DNA from: Squalus acanthias
Lineage: Eukaryota
Assembly (NCBI GenBank): GCA_030390025.1
Contig: CM059431.1
Location: 142,602,001-142,666,000, forward strand
Reading direction: 5' to 3'
Length of the DNA: 64,000 nt
The notes beneath the pieces are model-generated. The model saw nothing but the letters and a program-made list of their open reading frames with translations. It made no database searches and was not told where the DNA came from. Both the position numbers and the translations under genes were made by a program. How positions within the stretch are numbered: the stretch's first letter is position 1; every line of letters starts with the position of its first letter. Of the stretch, positions 46,431-58,278 are shown piece by piece.

Positions 46431-47619
46431 AACCCGATGATTAAGCCACGTGATACTACTGATGATCCCCCCACATGTTGTCTCTGATGCTGCTTATTGT
46501 AAAAGCGAGTAGACTACTTTAAGAACACAGAGGTGGTTGTAATATCACTGCCTCATTTCAGCAATATTACCTCAAACTGCCTCTCACTGCCAAATCATAA
46601 GGGAGACAAGCTGCCTGATATAGAGAAGGGGGACTTTAACTTTAAAATGTATAAACAAGTGGTGGACATGGGATCCATTAAATAGTGGGACCTCGCATTT
46701 GGATGATGGAAGGGCGAATGCGTAAGGGGTAATTCTAGAGCTGTGCTCCCTTCCTCCTGTCACAGTAAATGGGGGCGGGGTCGGATACAGGACTGATAGC
46801 TCAACATGTGTTCCTGCCCAGTGAGACTGCGCACCAGGAGCAGAGCATGGTCATGTGACCCTGGAACACATCGAGGGGGAGGGGCTCCGGCTGCTTTGTG
46901 CCATCGTTACTGGCTGATGTGTGACTGTCTCCTGTATCCTTTGTGATGTCACCTGGAGACAGCTTACCGCCCCTGGTTACGCCCCATCAGTGATGTGTTA
47001 CTGTGGGCGGAGCTGGAGTTGGCAGCAGATATTGTGAGTGAGTACAGCCTCTATAAATAGGGTCGATCAAAAGAGCTATTTATTATTAAAGTAAGTAACT
47101 CAAACAATTTGTAAATATTTTCAATCTAAATATATTTACACTAACAAAATTGGTCCCATTGTTTTCCTGCAACAGATTCTCTAATTAAGGTGAATCATGT
47201 TTATATTAAAAGTTTCTTTGATTGAGCAGTATCGCAGGAAGGTGGAGAGAGAGAGAATTCGAATAATCACTGCATTAACTGGGACTGGAGAAAGGTCGCT
47301 ATGTTCAGAGAGGAGATCTGGTGGGATCAAAACCCGGGATTGAAGACCGGCATCGGGAAGTTTCCATTGTAATTGATCTGATTGCAAATATGAGGATGTT
47401 TACTGAGAATCTCTTCTGTCGATGCTTTTGCCGAGTTGAGAGCCGAACAAGCTATCGGGAGAAGTTAAGCTTCGGGAATAAAACTCAGTCTTTGATGCGA
47501 CAAATTGCCTTCGCATTCACTGGTATGTAAAGATCGCCAATATCGTTAGTTCTTTACCCATTCGCCAGAGGGAATCGTTTTTCTCTATCAAACCTCACAT
47601 CATCTTGTAAAACTCTATT

Positions 47620-48600
47620 CGGTTTTTTTCTTCGTTCACGGGATCTGGGCGTCGCTGGCAAATCCAGCATTTATTGCCCAACCCTAATTGCCCTTGAGAA
47701 AGTGATGGTGAGCCACATTCTTGAACAGCTGCGATCCGTGTGGTGAAGGTGCTGTTAGGTAGGGAGTTCCAGGATTTTGACCCAGCGACGATGAAGGAAC
47801 GGCGATAAACTTCCACGTCATGGTGTGTGACTTGGAGGGGAACTTGGAGGTGGTGGTGTTCCCACGCGACTGCTGCCCTTGTCCTTCTAGGTCGTAGAGG
47901 TCGCGGGTTTGTGTGTTGCTGTCGAAGAAGCCTTGGCGCGTTCTTGCAGTGCATCATGTAGATGATACGATGGTGGTGTAGGGAATTAATGTTTAAGGTG
48001 TTCGATGGGATGCCAATCAAGCGGACTGCTTTGTCCTGGATGGCGTCGAGCTTCTTGAGAGTGTTGTTGGAGCTGCACTCATTCAGGCAAGTGGAGAGTA
48101 TTCCATCATGCTCCTTACTTATGCCTTGTAGATGCCGGAAAGGTTTGGGGAGTCAGGAGCTGAGGCACTTGCCGCAGAATACCTAGCATTTGACCTGCTC
48201 TTGTTGCCACAGTATTTATGTGGATGGTCCAGTTAAGTTTCTGGTCAATGGTGACCCCCAGGATGTTGATGGTGGGGGATTCGGCGTTGGTAATGCCATT
48301 GAACGTCAAGAGGCGGTGGTTAGACTCTCGCTTGTTGGAGACAGTCATTGTCTGGCACTTGTGTGGTGCAAATGTTACCTGCCATTCATTAGCCCAAGCC
48401 TGAATATCGTCCTGTTCTTGTTGCATGTGGCTATGGAATGCGTCATTTGTCTTCCTTTTTGTGGACAGGACATACCTGGGCAATTTTCCACATTGCCTGA
48501 TAGATGCCAGTGTTCGAACAGCTTGGTTGGAGGCGCGGCTCGTTCTGTAGCACAAGCCATCAGCACAACAGCCAGAATGTTGTCGGGGCCCATAGCCTTT
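47620..48600 (-). mobile_element. LINE (CR1/L2 group) fragment, internally deleted
   Basis: WQVTFAPHKCQ..NILGVTIDQKLNW..HIN, SFIVAGSKSWNSLP and KAMGPDNI motifs. Confidence 0.8.
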
Positions 48601-49245
48601 GCTCCTCTTAACATTCTCTGTTCCAAGAAGAACAGTCCTAACTTTTCCAACCTCTCCTCATAACTGAAGTTCCTCATCCCTTGTAACATCCTGGTAAACT
48701 TCCTCGGTTCACTTTATAAGTCCTTTACATCTTTCCTGAAGGGAGGTGCACAGAATTGTCAACAATACTCCAGCTGAGGATATACCAGTGATTTATAAAA
48801 TTCTCGCATGATCGCTTTCCTTTTATATTCTATTCCATTATTTATAAACCCAATTAAAACATGTAATTTTTAACCAACTTTTCAACTTGCCGTTCCACAT
48901 TTAAGGATTTGTGTGTATGGACACCAAGGTTCCTCTGCACATTTAAACTTTTCAATATTGTGCCATTTATAGTACACTGTCTTTCCATTTTAGTCCTCCC
49001 AAAGTGCATCACTTCAAACTTCTCCGCATTGAGCTCCATCTGCTCTTCTTCCCATTTCCCCATCCTTGCTCTGTCAGCCTGAAGCCTGTAAGTACCCTCA
49101 TCACTATCTACTTCTTTTCTAAGATTCGTATCTTCTGCTAAGTGTGTAATGTTGCTGCCTATGTTGCTTATAAATAATGGACCCAAAATGACCCTTGGGG
49201 AACACCACGCAAACTACCTCCCTGTCTGAAAAAACATACATCCAC
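48600..49245 (-). mobile_element. Older CR1 fragment interrupted by the full-length CR1
   Basis: GPLFI..AEDTNL..QMELNAEKFEVMHFG; homologous sequence resumes at ~53490. Confidence 0.7.
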
Positions 49246-49602
49246 GACAGAGGCGGCGGACCTGGGTGGAGCGGCTGCGGTGAGGCGGAGGACTCAAGAG
49301 GCGGCGGCGACCAGGTAGGCCCACAGAGGTGGCGGACCTGGGTGGAGCGGCTGCGGCGAGGCGGAGGACTCAAGAGGTGGCGGTGACCAGGTAGGCCCAC
49401 AGAGGCTTTTAAAGTGCGGGACGCAGTGGTTGCTGGGTAGGTGATTAATTTTTACCTGTATATAAGTTGGGCGGTTCCTAAACCCGAGACACTACTCTTG
49501 TAGTGTCCCCCACCCTTCCTCCTCCTCTAACCTAAAGGAGGTGAGTGACTATCAGGTAAGCTCTTTTTTGTCCTAGTTTAATCTGCAAGTTAGCTGGAGG
49601 GG

Positions 49603-50523
49603 ATGGCAGGGGAGGCAGTGAAATGTTCCTCCTGCAGAATGTTTGAGGTGAGGGACGCCGTAGGTGTCCCTGCTGATTACACCTGTGGGAAGTGCACCCA
49701 TCTCCAGCTCCTCGAAAACCGTGTTAGGGAACTGGAGCTGGATGAACTTCGGATCATTCGGGAGGCAGAGGAGGTCATAGACAGAAGCTTCAGGGATGTA
49801 ATTACTCCAAAGCATGAAGATAGATGGGTGACGGTGAGAGGGGCTAGGAGGAAGCAGTCAGTGCAGGGATCCTCTGTGGTCGTTCCCCTCAGTAACAGGT
49901 ATACCGCTTTGAATACTGTTGAGGGGGACGACTTACCAGTGGTAAGCCATGGTGACCGGATCTCCGGCGCTGGGTCCGTCCCTGTGGCTCAGAAGGGAAG
50001 GGGGGAGAGCAGGAGAGCAATAGTTATTGGGGACTCAATAGACAGAGGGACAGATAGGAGGTTCTGTGGCAGCAAAGGAGACTCACGGATGGTATGTTGC
50101 CTCCTGGGTGCCAGGGTCCGTGACGTCTAGGACCGTGTTTTCAGAATCCTCAAAGGGGAGGGGGAACAATCACAAGTCGTGGTACACATTGGTACCAACG
50201 ACATAGGTAGGAGAAGGGACGGGGATTTAAAACAGGAATTTAGGGAGCTAGGTTGGAAGCTGAGAGCCAGTACAAACCATGTTGTCATTTCTGGTTTGTT
50301 GCCGGTGCCACGTGCTAGCGAGTTGAGGAACAGGGAGAGAGTGCAGATAAACACGTGGCTGCAGGGATGGTGTAGCGGGGAGGGTTTCAGTTATGTGGAT
50401 AATTAGAGCACATTCTGGGGAAACTGGGACCTGTACAAACAGGACGGTTTGCACCTGAACCAGAGGGGCACCAATATCCTGGGAGGGAAATTTGCTACTG
50501 CTCTTCGGGGGGGTTTAAACTAA
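49603..50523 (+). pseudogene. CR1 ORF1 (zinc finger, leucine zipper, SGNH esterase) with two in-frame TAG stops (50128-50130, 50404-50406)
   Basis: CSSC..CGKC, IVIGDS, VHIGTND and DGLH motifs, all in one frame. Confidence 0.88.
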
Positions 50524-50543
50524 TTTGTCAGGGGGATGGGAAA

Positions 50544-53402
50544 ATGGGCTGTAGTCCAGGAGCCAGTGGTGAGTGTAGGGAGGTACTGAGGAGGGTATCA
50601 AGGTCGCAGGAATGTACCGGCAGACAGGAAGATGGCTTGAAGTGTGTCTACTTCAATGCAAGGAGCATCCGGAATAAGGTAGGAGAACTTGGAGCGTGGA
50701 TTGGTACTTGGGACTACGATGTGGTGGCCATTACGGAGACATGGTTAGAACAGGGACAGGAATGGTTGTTGGAAGTTCCGGGGTATAGATGTTTCAGTAA
50801 GAGTAGGGAAGTTGATAAGAAAGGTGGAGGAGTAGCATTGTTAATCAAGGATAGTTTAACAGCGGCAAAAAGGCAGTTCGAGGGGGATCTGCCGTCTGAG
50901 GTAATATGGGCTGAAGTTAGAAATAGGATAGGAGTTTTCTACAGGCCCCCAAATAGTAATAGAGATGTGGAGGAAGAAATTGCAAAGCAGATTATGAATA
51001 GGTGTGGAGGTCACAGAGTAGTTGTCATGGGTGACTTCAACTTTCCAAATATGGATTGGAACCTTTATAGGTCAAACAGTTCGGATGGGATAGTTTTTGC
51101 ACAGTGTGTGCAGGAGGGTTTCCTGACACAATATGTGGATAGGCCGACAAGAGGTGGGGCCACGTTGGATTTGGTACTGGGTAATGAACCGGGCCAAGTG
51201 TTTGATTTGTATGTGGGAGAGCACTTTGGAGATAGTGACCACAATTCGGTAACTTTCACTATTGCAATGGAGAGGGATAGGGCCATACGGCAGGGCAGGG
51301 TTTATAATTGGGGGAGGGGTAATTATGATGCGATTAGGCAAGAATTAGGGAGTATAAGATGGGAACAGAAACTATCAGGGAAAGGCACAAACGAAAAGTG
51401 GAGCTTTTTCATGGAGCAATTACTGCGTGTCCTTGATAGGTATGTCCCTGTCAGGCAGGGAGGAAATGGCCGAGTGAGAGAACCATGGTTCACAAAAGAG
51501 GTTGAATGTCTAGTCAAGAGGAAAAAGGAAGCGTATGTAAGGATGAGAAAACAAGGTTCAGTTGGGTCGATTGAGGGGTACAAGGTAGCAAGGAATGAGC
51601 TAAAAAAAGAGCTTAGGAGAGCTAGGAGGGGGCATGAGAAGTCCTTGGCGGGTCGGATCAAGGAAAACCCCAAGGCTTTTTACTCTTATGTGAGAAATAA
51701 AAGAATGACCAGGGTGAGGGTAGGGCCGGTCAAGGACAGTAGTGGGAACTTGTGCATGGAGTCAGAAGAGATAGGAGAGGTGATGAATGAATACTTTTCG
51801 TCAGTGTTCACCGAGGAGAGGGGCCATGTTCTTGAGGATGAGAGTGTGATAAAGGTGGATAGGCTGGAGGTGGTAGATGTTCTGAGGGAAGATATTTTAG
51901 CAATTTTGAAGAACCTGAGGGTCGATAAGTCCCCTGGGCCAGATGGGATATATCCTAGGATTCTTTGGGAGGCAAGGGAGGAGATTGCAGAGCCTCTGGC
52001 TTTGATCTTTGGGTCCTCACTGTCCACGGGAATGGTGCCAGAGGACTGGAGAGTGGCGAATGTTGTTCCTCTCTTCAAGAAAGGAAATAGGAATGACCCT
52101 GGTAATTATAGGCCGGTTAGTCTTACTTCGGTGGTTGGTAAGATAATGGAAAAGGTCCTGAGGGATAGGATTTATGACCATTTGGAAAGGGGCAACTTAA
52201 TCAGGGATAGTCAACACGGATTCGTGAAGGGTAAGTCTTGCCTAACAAATTTGATTGAATTCTTTGAGGAGGTAACTAATTGTGTAGATGAAGGTAGAGC
52301 AGTTGATGTCGTGTACATGGATTTTAGTAAGGCGTTTGATAAGGTTCCCCATGGTCGGCTCATGAAGAAAGTAAGGAGTTGTGGGATAGAGGGAAATTTG
52401 GCCGATTGGATAAGTAACTGGCTATCTCATAGAAGGCAGAGGGTGGTGGTGGATGGAACATTTTCGGACTGGAGACCAGTTATCAGCGGTGTACCACAGG
52501 GGTCGGTGCTGGGTCCTCTGCTGTTTGTGATTTTTATCAATGACTTGGAGGAGGGGACTGAAGGGTGGATCAGTAAATTTGCTGATGACACCAAGATTGG
52601 TGGAGCAGTGGATGAGGTGGAGGGCTGTTGTAGGCTGCAAAGAGACATTGATAGGATGCAGAGCTGGGCTGAAAAATGGCAGATGGAATTTAACCCTGAT
52701 AAGTGCGAGGTGATTCATTTTGGTAGGGCAAATTTGAATAAGGTTTACAGGGTCAACGGCAGGGTTCTGAGGAACGTGGAGGAGCAGAGGGATCTGAGGG
52801 TTCATATCCACCGATCTCTGAAGGTTGCCACTCAAGTGGATAGAGCAGTAAAGAAGGCCTATGGTGTGTTGGCGTTTATTAACAGACGTTTTGAGTTTAA
52901 GAACCGTGAGGTTATGCTGCAACTGTACAGGACCTTGGTGAGACCATATTTGGAATATTGTGTGCAGTTCTGGTCACCTCACTATAGGAAGGACGTGGAA
53001 GCATTGGAAAGAGTGCAAAGGAGATTTACCAGGATGCTGCCTGGTTTGGGGGGGAGGTCTTATGAGGAAAGATTGAGGGAGTTAGGGCTTTTCTCTTTAG
53101 AGCGGAGGAGGATGAGAGGCGACTTAATAGAGGTTTATAAGATGATGAGGGGGATAGATAGAGTGGATGTTCAGAGACTATTTCCTCGGGTAGAGGCAGC
53201 TGTTACAAGGGGGCATAACTATAAGGTGCATGGGGGGAGATACAGAAGGGATGTCCGAGGTAGATTCTTTACTCAGAGAGTGGTTGGGGTGTGGAATGGA
53301 CTGCCTGCTGTGATAGTGGAGTCGGACACTTTAGGAACTTTCAAGCAGTTATTGGATAAGCACATGGAGCACACCAGAGTGATAGGGAGTGTGATAGCTT
53401 GA
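50544..53402 (+). CDS. CR1 ORF2: APE endonuclease + reverse transcriptase (952 aa, open)
   Basis: YFNARSI, ITETW, GDFN, SDH, YRPVSLTS, DFSKAFD, GVPQGSVLGP and FADD motifs. Confidence 0.96.
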   Translation: MGCSPGASGECREVLRRVSRSQECTGRQEDGLKCVYFNARSIRNKVGELGAWIGTWDYDVVAITETWLEQGQEWLLEVPGYRCFSKSREVDKKGGGVALLIKDSLTAAKRQFEGDLPSEVIWAEVRNRIGVFYRPPNSNRDVEEEIAKQIMNRCGGHRVVVMGDFNFPNMDWNLYRSNSSDGIVFAQCVQEGFLTQYVDRPTRGGATLDLVLGNEPGQVFDLYVGEHFGDSDHNSVTFTIAMERDRAIRQGRVYNWGRGNYDAIRQELGSIRWEQKLSGKGTNEKWSFFMEQLLRVLDRYVPVRQGGNGRVREPWFTKEVECLVKRKKEAYVRMRKQGSVGSIEGYKVARNELKKELRRARRGHEKSLAGRIKENPKAFYSYVRNKRMTRVRVGPVKDSSGNLCMESEEIGEVMNEYFSSVFTEERGHVLEDESVIKVDRLEVVDVLREDILAILKNLRVDKSPGPDGIYPRILWEAREEIAEPLALIFGSSLSTGMVPEDWRVANVVPLFKKGNRNDPGNYRPVSLTSVVGKIMEKVLRDRIYDHLERGNLIRDSQHGFVKGKSCLTNLIEFFEEVTNCVDEGRAVDVVYMDFSKAFDKVPHGRLMKKVRSCGIEGNLADWISNWLSHRRQRVVVDGTFSDWRPVISGVPQGSVLGPLLFVIFINDLEEGTEGWISKFADDTKIGGAVDEVEGCCRLQRDIDRMQSWAEKWQMEFNPDKCEVIHFGRANLNKVYRVNGRVLRNVEEQRDLRVHIHRSLKVATQVDRAVKKAYGVLAFINRRFEFKNREVMLQLYRTLVRPYLEYCVQFWSPHYRKDVEALERVQRRFTRMLPGLGGRSYEERLRELGLFSLERRRMRGDLIEVYKMMRGIDRVDVQRLFPRVEAAVTRGHNYKVHGGRYRRDVRGRFFTQRVVGVWNGLPAVIVESDTLGTFKQLLDKHMEHTRVIGSVIA

Positions 53403-55108
53403 TCTTGGTCTCGGACAATGCTCGGCACAACATCGAGGGCCGAAGGGCCTGTACTGTGCTGTACTGTTCTATGTTCTATGTTCTACCACCATTGGCTTCC
53501 TATCACTGAGCATATTTTGTAGCCATCCGCCACTTTCCACTTCATGCCATGGGTTTCCATCTTCTTAACAAGCCGCATATCCAAACCAGATATCCAAGTT
53601 TGCCGATATAGATGTATATGTAGATGTAGATGGAAGCATGAAATTATAAAGAGATATTAATAGATTAACTGACTGGACAAAACTTTGGCAAATGATTTTT
53701 AACCTGGGCAAATATGAGATTATCGACTTTGGACCCAAATAAGATAGATCAGAGTGATAAATAGTGAGAGGCTGGAAACAGTAGAGGTCCAAAGAGGCTT
53801 AAGATTCCATGTACATATATCATTAAATAGCATGGACAGGTACAGAAAATAATCAAAAACGGTTCATGCAATGCTGATATTTATATCTATAAACTACAGT
53901 ATCAGGGGAAAAGTTATGCAACAGCAATACAAAGTGCTGGTTAGACTGTATTCAGTTCCGGGCACCACACATTAGGAAGAAGTATTAGCCTTAAAGAGTG
54001 AAGCGTAGATAAAGAGAGATCAGAATACATTCTAAAAGAAGTAAACCTGGAACCAGTGGATGTCCAAAGGTACTTAAGGGTCCATGTACATTTATCATTA
54101 AATTGTCATGGACATGCACAGAAAAAATTCAAAAAGGCTAATTGAATGCTGGTCTTCATATCTGTAGGATTACAATAAAAGGGGGATAAATTATGCTATG
54201 CCAGAGCCATAACAGCTCAGAAGGAGGCTATTCGGCCCATCGAGTCCGTGCCGGCTCTTTGTAGAGCGATCCAGTCAGTCCCATTTCCCGGCTCTATCCC
54301 CGTAGCCCTGCAAGTTTATTTCCCTCAAGTGCCTATCCAGTATCCCATTGAAAACATTGAGTGTCTCCGCTTCCACCACATCCATCGGCAGCGAATTCCA
54401 GGTCTTCACCACTCGTTGCGTACATTATTTTTCCTCAGGTCCCCCCCTGTATCCCTTGCCCAAAACCTTAAATCTGTGTCCCTAGCCCTTGTACCATCAA
54501 CTAGTGAGAACAGACGTTTCCCGTCTAGCCTATCCAAACCCGTCATAACCTTGTACACCTCTATCAAATCACCCTTCAGCCTCCTTTGCTCTAATGAAAA
54601 CAAAACCAGCTTCTCCAACCTGTCCTTGTAGCTAAGACCCCCCATCCCTGGACACATTCCAATAAATTTCATCTGCGCCCTCTCAATGGCCTTCACATCC
54701 TTCCTAAAGTGTGGTGACCAGAACTGGACGCAATAATCCAGTTGTGGCCTCACCAGCATTTTATAAAGGTTCAGCACAACTTCTCTACTTTTGTGCTCAA
54801 TACCTCTATTTATGAAGCCCAAGATCCCATATGCTTTTCTAACCACTCTCTCTATGTCCTGCCACCTTCAGGGACCTATGCACATTAACTCGCAGGTCAC
54901 TCTGTCCCTGCACACTCTTTAGAACTGTGACATTAAGTGTATATTGCCTGTCCCTGTTCCTTCTGCTAAAATGCATCACCTCACACTTCTCTGTATTAAA
55001 TTCCATCAGCCATTTGTCTGTTTGCCTTCCATGTCCTGCATAAATGTAACGGCTGGACAAGGGATGTGTCGTTTGGAAAGCATCGCCTGAATTATTCAAA
55101 AATAGCCG

Positions 55109-55180
55109 AGGCACAGACGGGGATCGAACCTGCGCTCTTCGGTTTACAAGACTTATGCCTAACCGCTTGGCCACCGCGCC
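55109..55180 (-). pseudogene. tRNA-Thr pseudogene (CGT-type body, anticodon reads TGT)
   Basis: GGCGCGGTGGCCAAG.GGT.AGGC...GTCTTGTAAACCGAAGA...GGTTCGA.CCCCGTC.GTGCCT; anticodon stem mismatched. Confidence 0.75.
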
Positions 55181-56188
55181 CCCTTACGTGGCACTCTACA
55201 TTTATCATTCAATTATCATGGACAGGTACAGAAAATAATCAAAAATCTAATTACATGGTGGTATTTATATCAATAGGATTACAATATAAGGGGGAGAAAT
55301 TATGCAGCAGCTATACAGAGCACTGGTTAGACCACACCTGGAATACTGTGTTCACTTCTGGGCATCACACCTTAGGAAGTTAGTATTAGGATTAAAGAGT
55401 GAAGCGTAGATTTACCAGAATGATACATAGAGTCCAAGGGTTCAATTACAATGGGAGATTACAAAAAGCTAGGGTTATCTTCACTGGAATTTAGAAGCTT
55501 AAGGGATGATATGATTGAATTATTCACGATATTAAGGGGAACTGATAGGGTAGAGAGAGAGAAGCTATTTCCGATAATTGGCGAGTCTAGGAATAGGGGC
55601 CACAGCCTAAATATTAGACCCAAGCCTTTACAGGAGTGAATTTAGGAAACACTTCTACATGGAATGGATGGTAGAAATTTGTAACTCACTTCCACTAACA
55701 GCAGTTAATGTTGGGTCAATTGTCAATTTTAAACCTGAGATTGATGCATTATTGTTAACCAAAGGTATTAAGGAATCTAGGGTTGTAATCACCGGAATTT
55801 AGAAGCTTAAGAAATTATATGATTGAAGTATTCACGATATTAAGGGGAACTGATAGGTTCGATAGAGAGAAGTTATTTCCGATAATTGGCGAGTCTAGGA
55901 CTAGGGGACACAGCCGAAAGATTAGGTCCAAGCCTTTGCAGGAATGAAATTAGGAAAGACTTCTCCATGGAATGGGTGGTAGAAATTTGTTTCTCACTTC
56001 CAGAAACAGCAGCTAATGTTGGGTCAATTGTTAAACTTTGATTGATGTTAACCACAGGTATTAAGGAATCTGGTGCAAAGGGAGTTGGGTCACAGATCTC
56101 ATTGAATGGCAGAACAGAATCGAAGGCCTAAATGGTGCACTCCTGTTGCCATTATTAAATAAGCTGAGTTTTACGATTCTGCTTGAAT

Positions 56189-56261
56189 GTGGGGGATGAG
56201 GATTTGTATCCTGGACTCTCCGATTAAAGGTCTGATACTCTACCAATTGAGCTATCCGGGC
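56189..56261 (-). pseudogene. tRNA-Lys(TTT) pseudogene
   Basis: GCCCGGATAGCTCAATTGGTAGAGTATCAGACCTTTAATC..; 3' end disrupted. Confidence 0.7.
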
Positions 56262-56789
56262 TCTTGTCGAACCAGCGTCACTAAAGGACCTTCACTGCTT
56301 GCCCTGCATCATTACAATCTCAGATAGATCATTTAAATACCATGCACATGTAAAGAAAATAATCAAAAAAGCCAATAGCATACTGCCATTTATATCTAGA
56401 GGTCTAGAATACAAGGGGGTAGAAGTTGTCATGCAGCTATACGAAGCCCTGTTTAGATCACACCTGGAATACTGTGAGCAGTTCTGGACACCACACCTTA
56501 AGAAGGATATGATGGCCTTGCAGGGAGTGCAGCGTAGGTTTACCAAAATGATACCCAGATACCAAGGATGAAATATTACACAAATTAGGAATGTATTGCC
56601 TAGAATTTAGAAGGTTGTGGAGAGATTTGATTGACGTTTTCAAGATATGAATAGGAACAGATAAGGTAGATAGAGAGAAGCTATTTCCGCAGGTTGGGGA
56701 TTCTAGGACTAGGGAGCATAATCTAAAAATTAGAGCCAGGCTTTTCAGGAGTGCAATTAGGAAACGCTTCTAAACACAAAACAGTCATT

Positions 56790-57435
56790 ATCAATGGCAT
56801 TCAGCGTTTGATCCATACAAGGCCACCACATCGGCTGCAGTAGCCTTTGAACTAGCTGTCAACCTGTGGTGCCCAATACAGTTGTGGGCCCAATGGATGA
56901 GCTCATTACGGGGTGACTGCGGGACTACCCGTTTTCCCTGATTAAATTACAAGTTATCCTGTGCTCTAAAATTGTCCTTTCTGTTCAAGTCATCTTTGGG
57001 CCATGAACCCTAATCTTTAATGATTGCCTGGACTGAGTTAACCCAAGGGTCCTCACCCTGCACCCTTGAAAGGGCTAAAGGAAAATGTTTCACTTCAAAC
57101 TTTATTTACCTGTCCCTGGAAGGCTTACGTGGCGGATCCCACAGTTTTGCGGCACTCTCAAACTCCTGGGCTAGCTGCTCTGCCTCATCATTACCACTGG
57201 CCATGGGGGGGATTTTAACAGGGAATCGGATTTGACCTATGGCCTTAATTTTATCTTCACTGAAATTATGTACATCACGTTCTGCAATCACTCCTAGATA
57301 CTGCACTGTGGGCTGTACTAACCCAGCATTCTTTGGGTTTATTTTATCCTGTTATCCCATAATAGAACCAAGCATTCTCTGAGCAAGGTGTAATGCTCTT
57401 CAGTAGTTTCCGTATAGAGCAATATATCCTCTACC
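56790..57435 (-). pseudogene. LTR-retroelement pol relic (RT end, RNase H end, integrase N-terminus), internally deleted
   Basis: VEDILLYTETTEEH..; KINPKN..VQYLGV; GNDEAEQLA; GKRVVPQSPRNELIHWAHNCIGH. Confidence 0.7.
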
Positions 57436-57842
57436 AACTCGACCAGGGCCTCCGGTCGGCATGACCTTTGTAACACCTTGCTCAGTAACTGATGGAATAG
57501 AGCAGGTGAGCAGTGGAAACCCTGAGGTCAACAGTTCGAAGTATAAGTGTTGCTCACGGAATGTAAATGCAAATGTCTATTGGCATTCAGGGGTTAGGTG
57601 CATTGACCAAAAATCATTCGATATTTCAAAAACTAAACATACAGCTCGCCGAGGGACACATGAGGTTATCAGGTGAGGGCTACCGAGGGTTTGTAATTAT
57701 TCACGTCTTGATAATCAATAGTAAGTAATTGGCATATGGACCAGAGAGGAGTTCGTGTGTTTTTTAATTAAATAGCGAATTGTTCTGATCTGGAATGCAT
57801 TGTCCGAAAGTGTCATGGAAGCTGATTCAATAATAACAATAT

Positions 57843-58278
57843 AAAGACTTGCCTGTATGCAGCACGGTTCACCACCTCAGGACGTCACAAAGCGCTTTAC
57901 AGCAAAATAAGTATTTTTGAGGTGGGGACACTGTTGGAAGCGGGACAGCCAATTTGTGCACAACAACATCTCAGAAGAGCAATGAGATAATGACCAGATA
58001 ATCTGTTTTAGTGTTGGTTGAGGGATGAATATTTTCCGGGACGCTATGGAGACCTCCGCTGCTCCTCTTCGTAATAGTGCTGTGGGCTCTTGTATGTCTT
58101 GCTGAGAGCTTGGCTTAATGTCCCATCCGAAAGACGGCAGCTCGACAATGCAGCACACACTCAGCACTGCACTGAAGTGTCAGCATAGATTTTGTGTTCA
58201 AGTCCCTGGAGCGGGACTTTAACCCACTGCCATCTGATTCAGAGGCGAGAATGCCAACACAGAGCCACTGCTGACACC
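57843..58278 (-). mobile_element. tRNA-headed SINE with Deu-domain-like core
   Basis: tRNA-like head at the right end; core ATGAGATAATGACCAGATAATCTGTTTT..GGTTGAGGGAT..CATCCGAAAGACGGCA resembles the DeuSINE domain (from memory). Confidence 0.7.

Larger units (their letters stand above)
41390..47530 (+). repeat. Three copies of a ~1.9-kb segment with a promoter-like core
   Basis: Shared block (G/C)TT(T/A)CCGCCCCTGGTTA.GC.CCATCAG...GAGCTGGAGTTGGCAG...TATTAAAGTAAGT at ~41390, ~45100 and ~46960. Confidence 0.8.
49248..53484 (+). mobile_element. Near full-length CR1 LINE
   Basis: GC-rich 5' UTR with two 76-bp repeats, ORF1, ORF2 and a (TTCTATG)n tail. Confidence 0.95.
53590..56780. mobile_element. 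Cluster of CR1 3' fragments in both orientations, partly tandemly duplicated
   Basis: Repeated LEY(C)..FW.PH / RGDLIE remnants; 55480-55790 is repeated at ~55790-56150. Confidence 0.75.
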
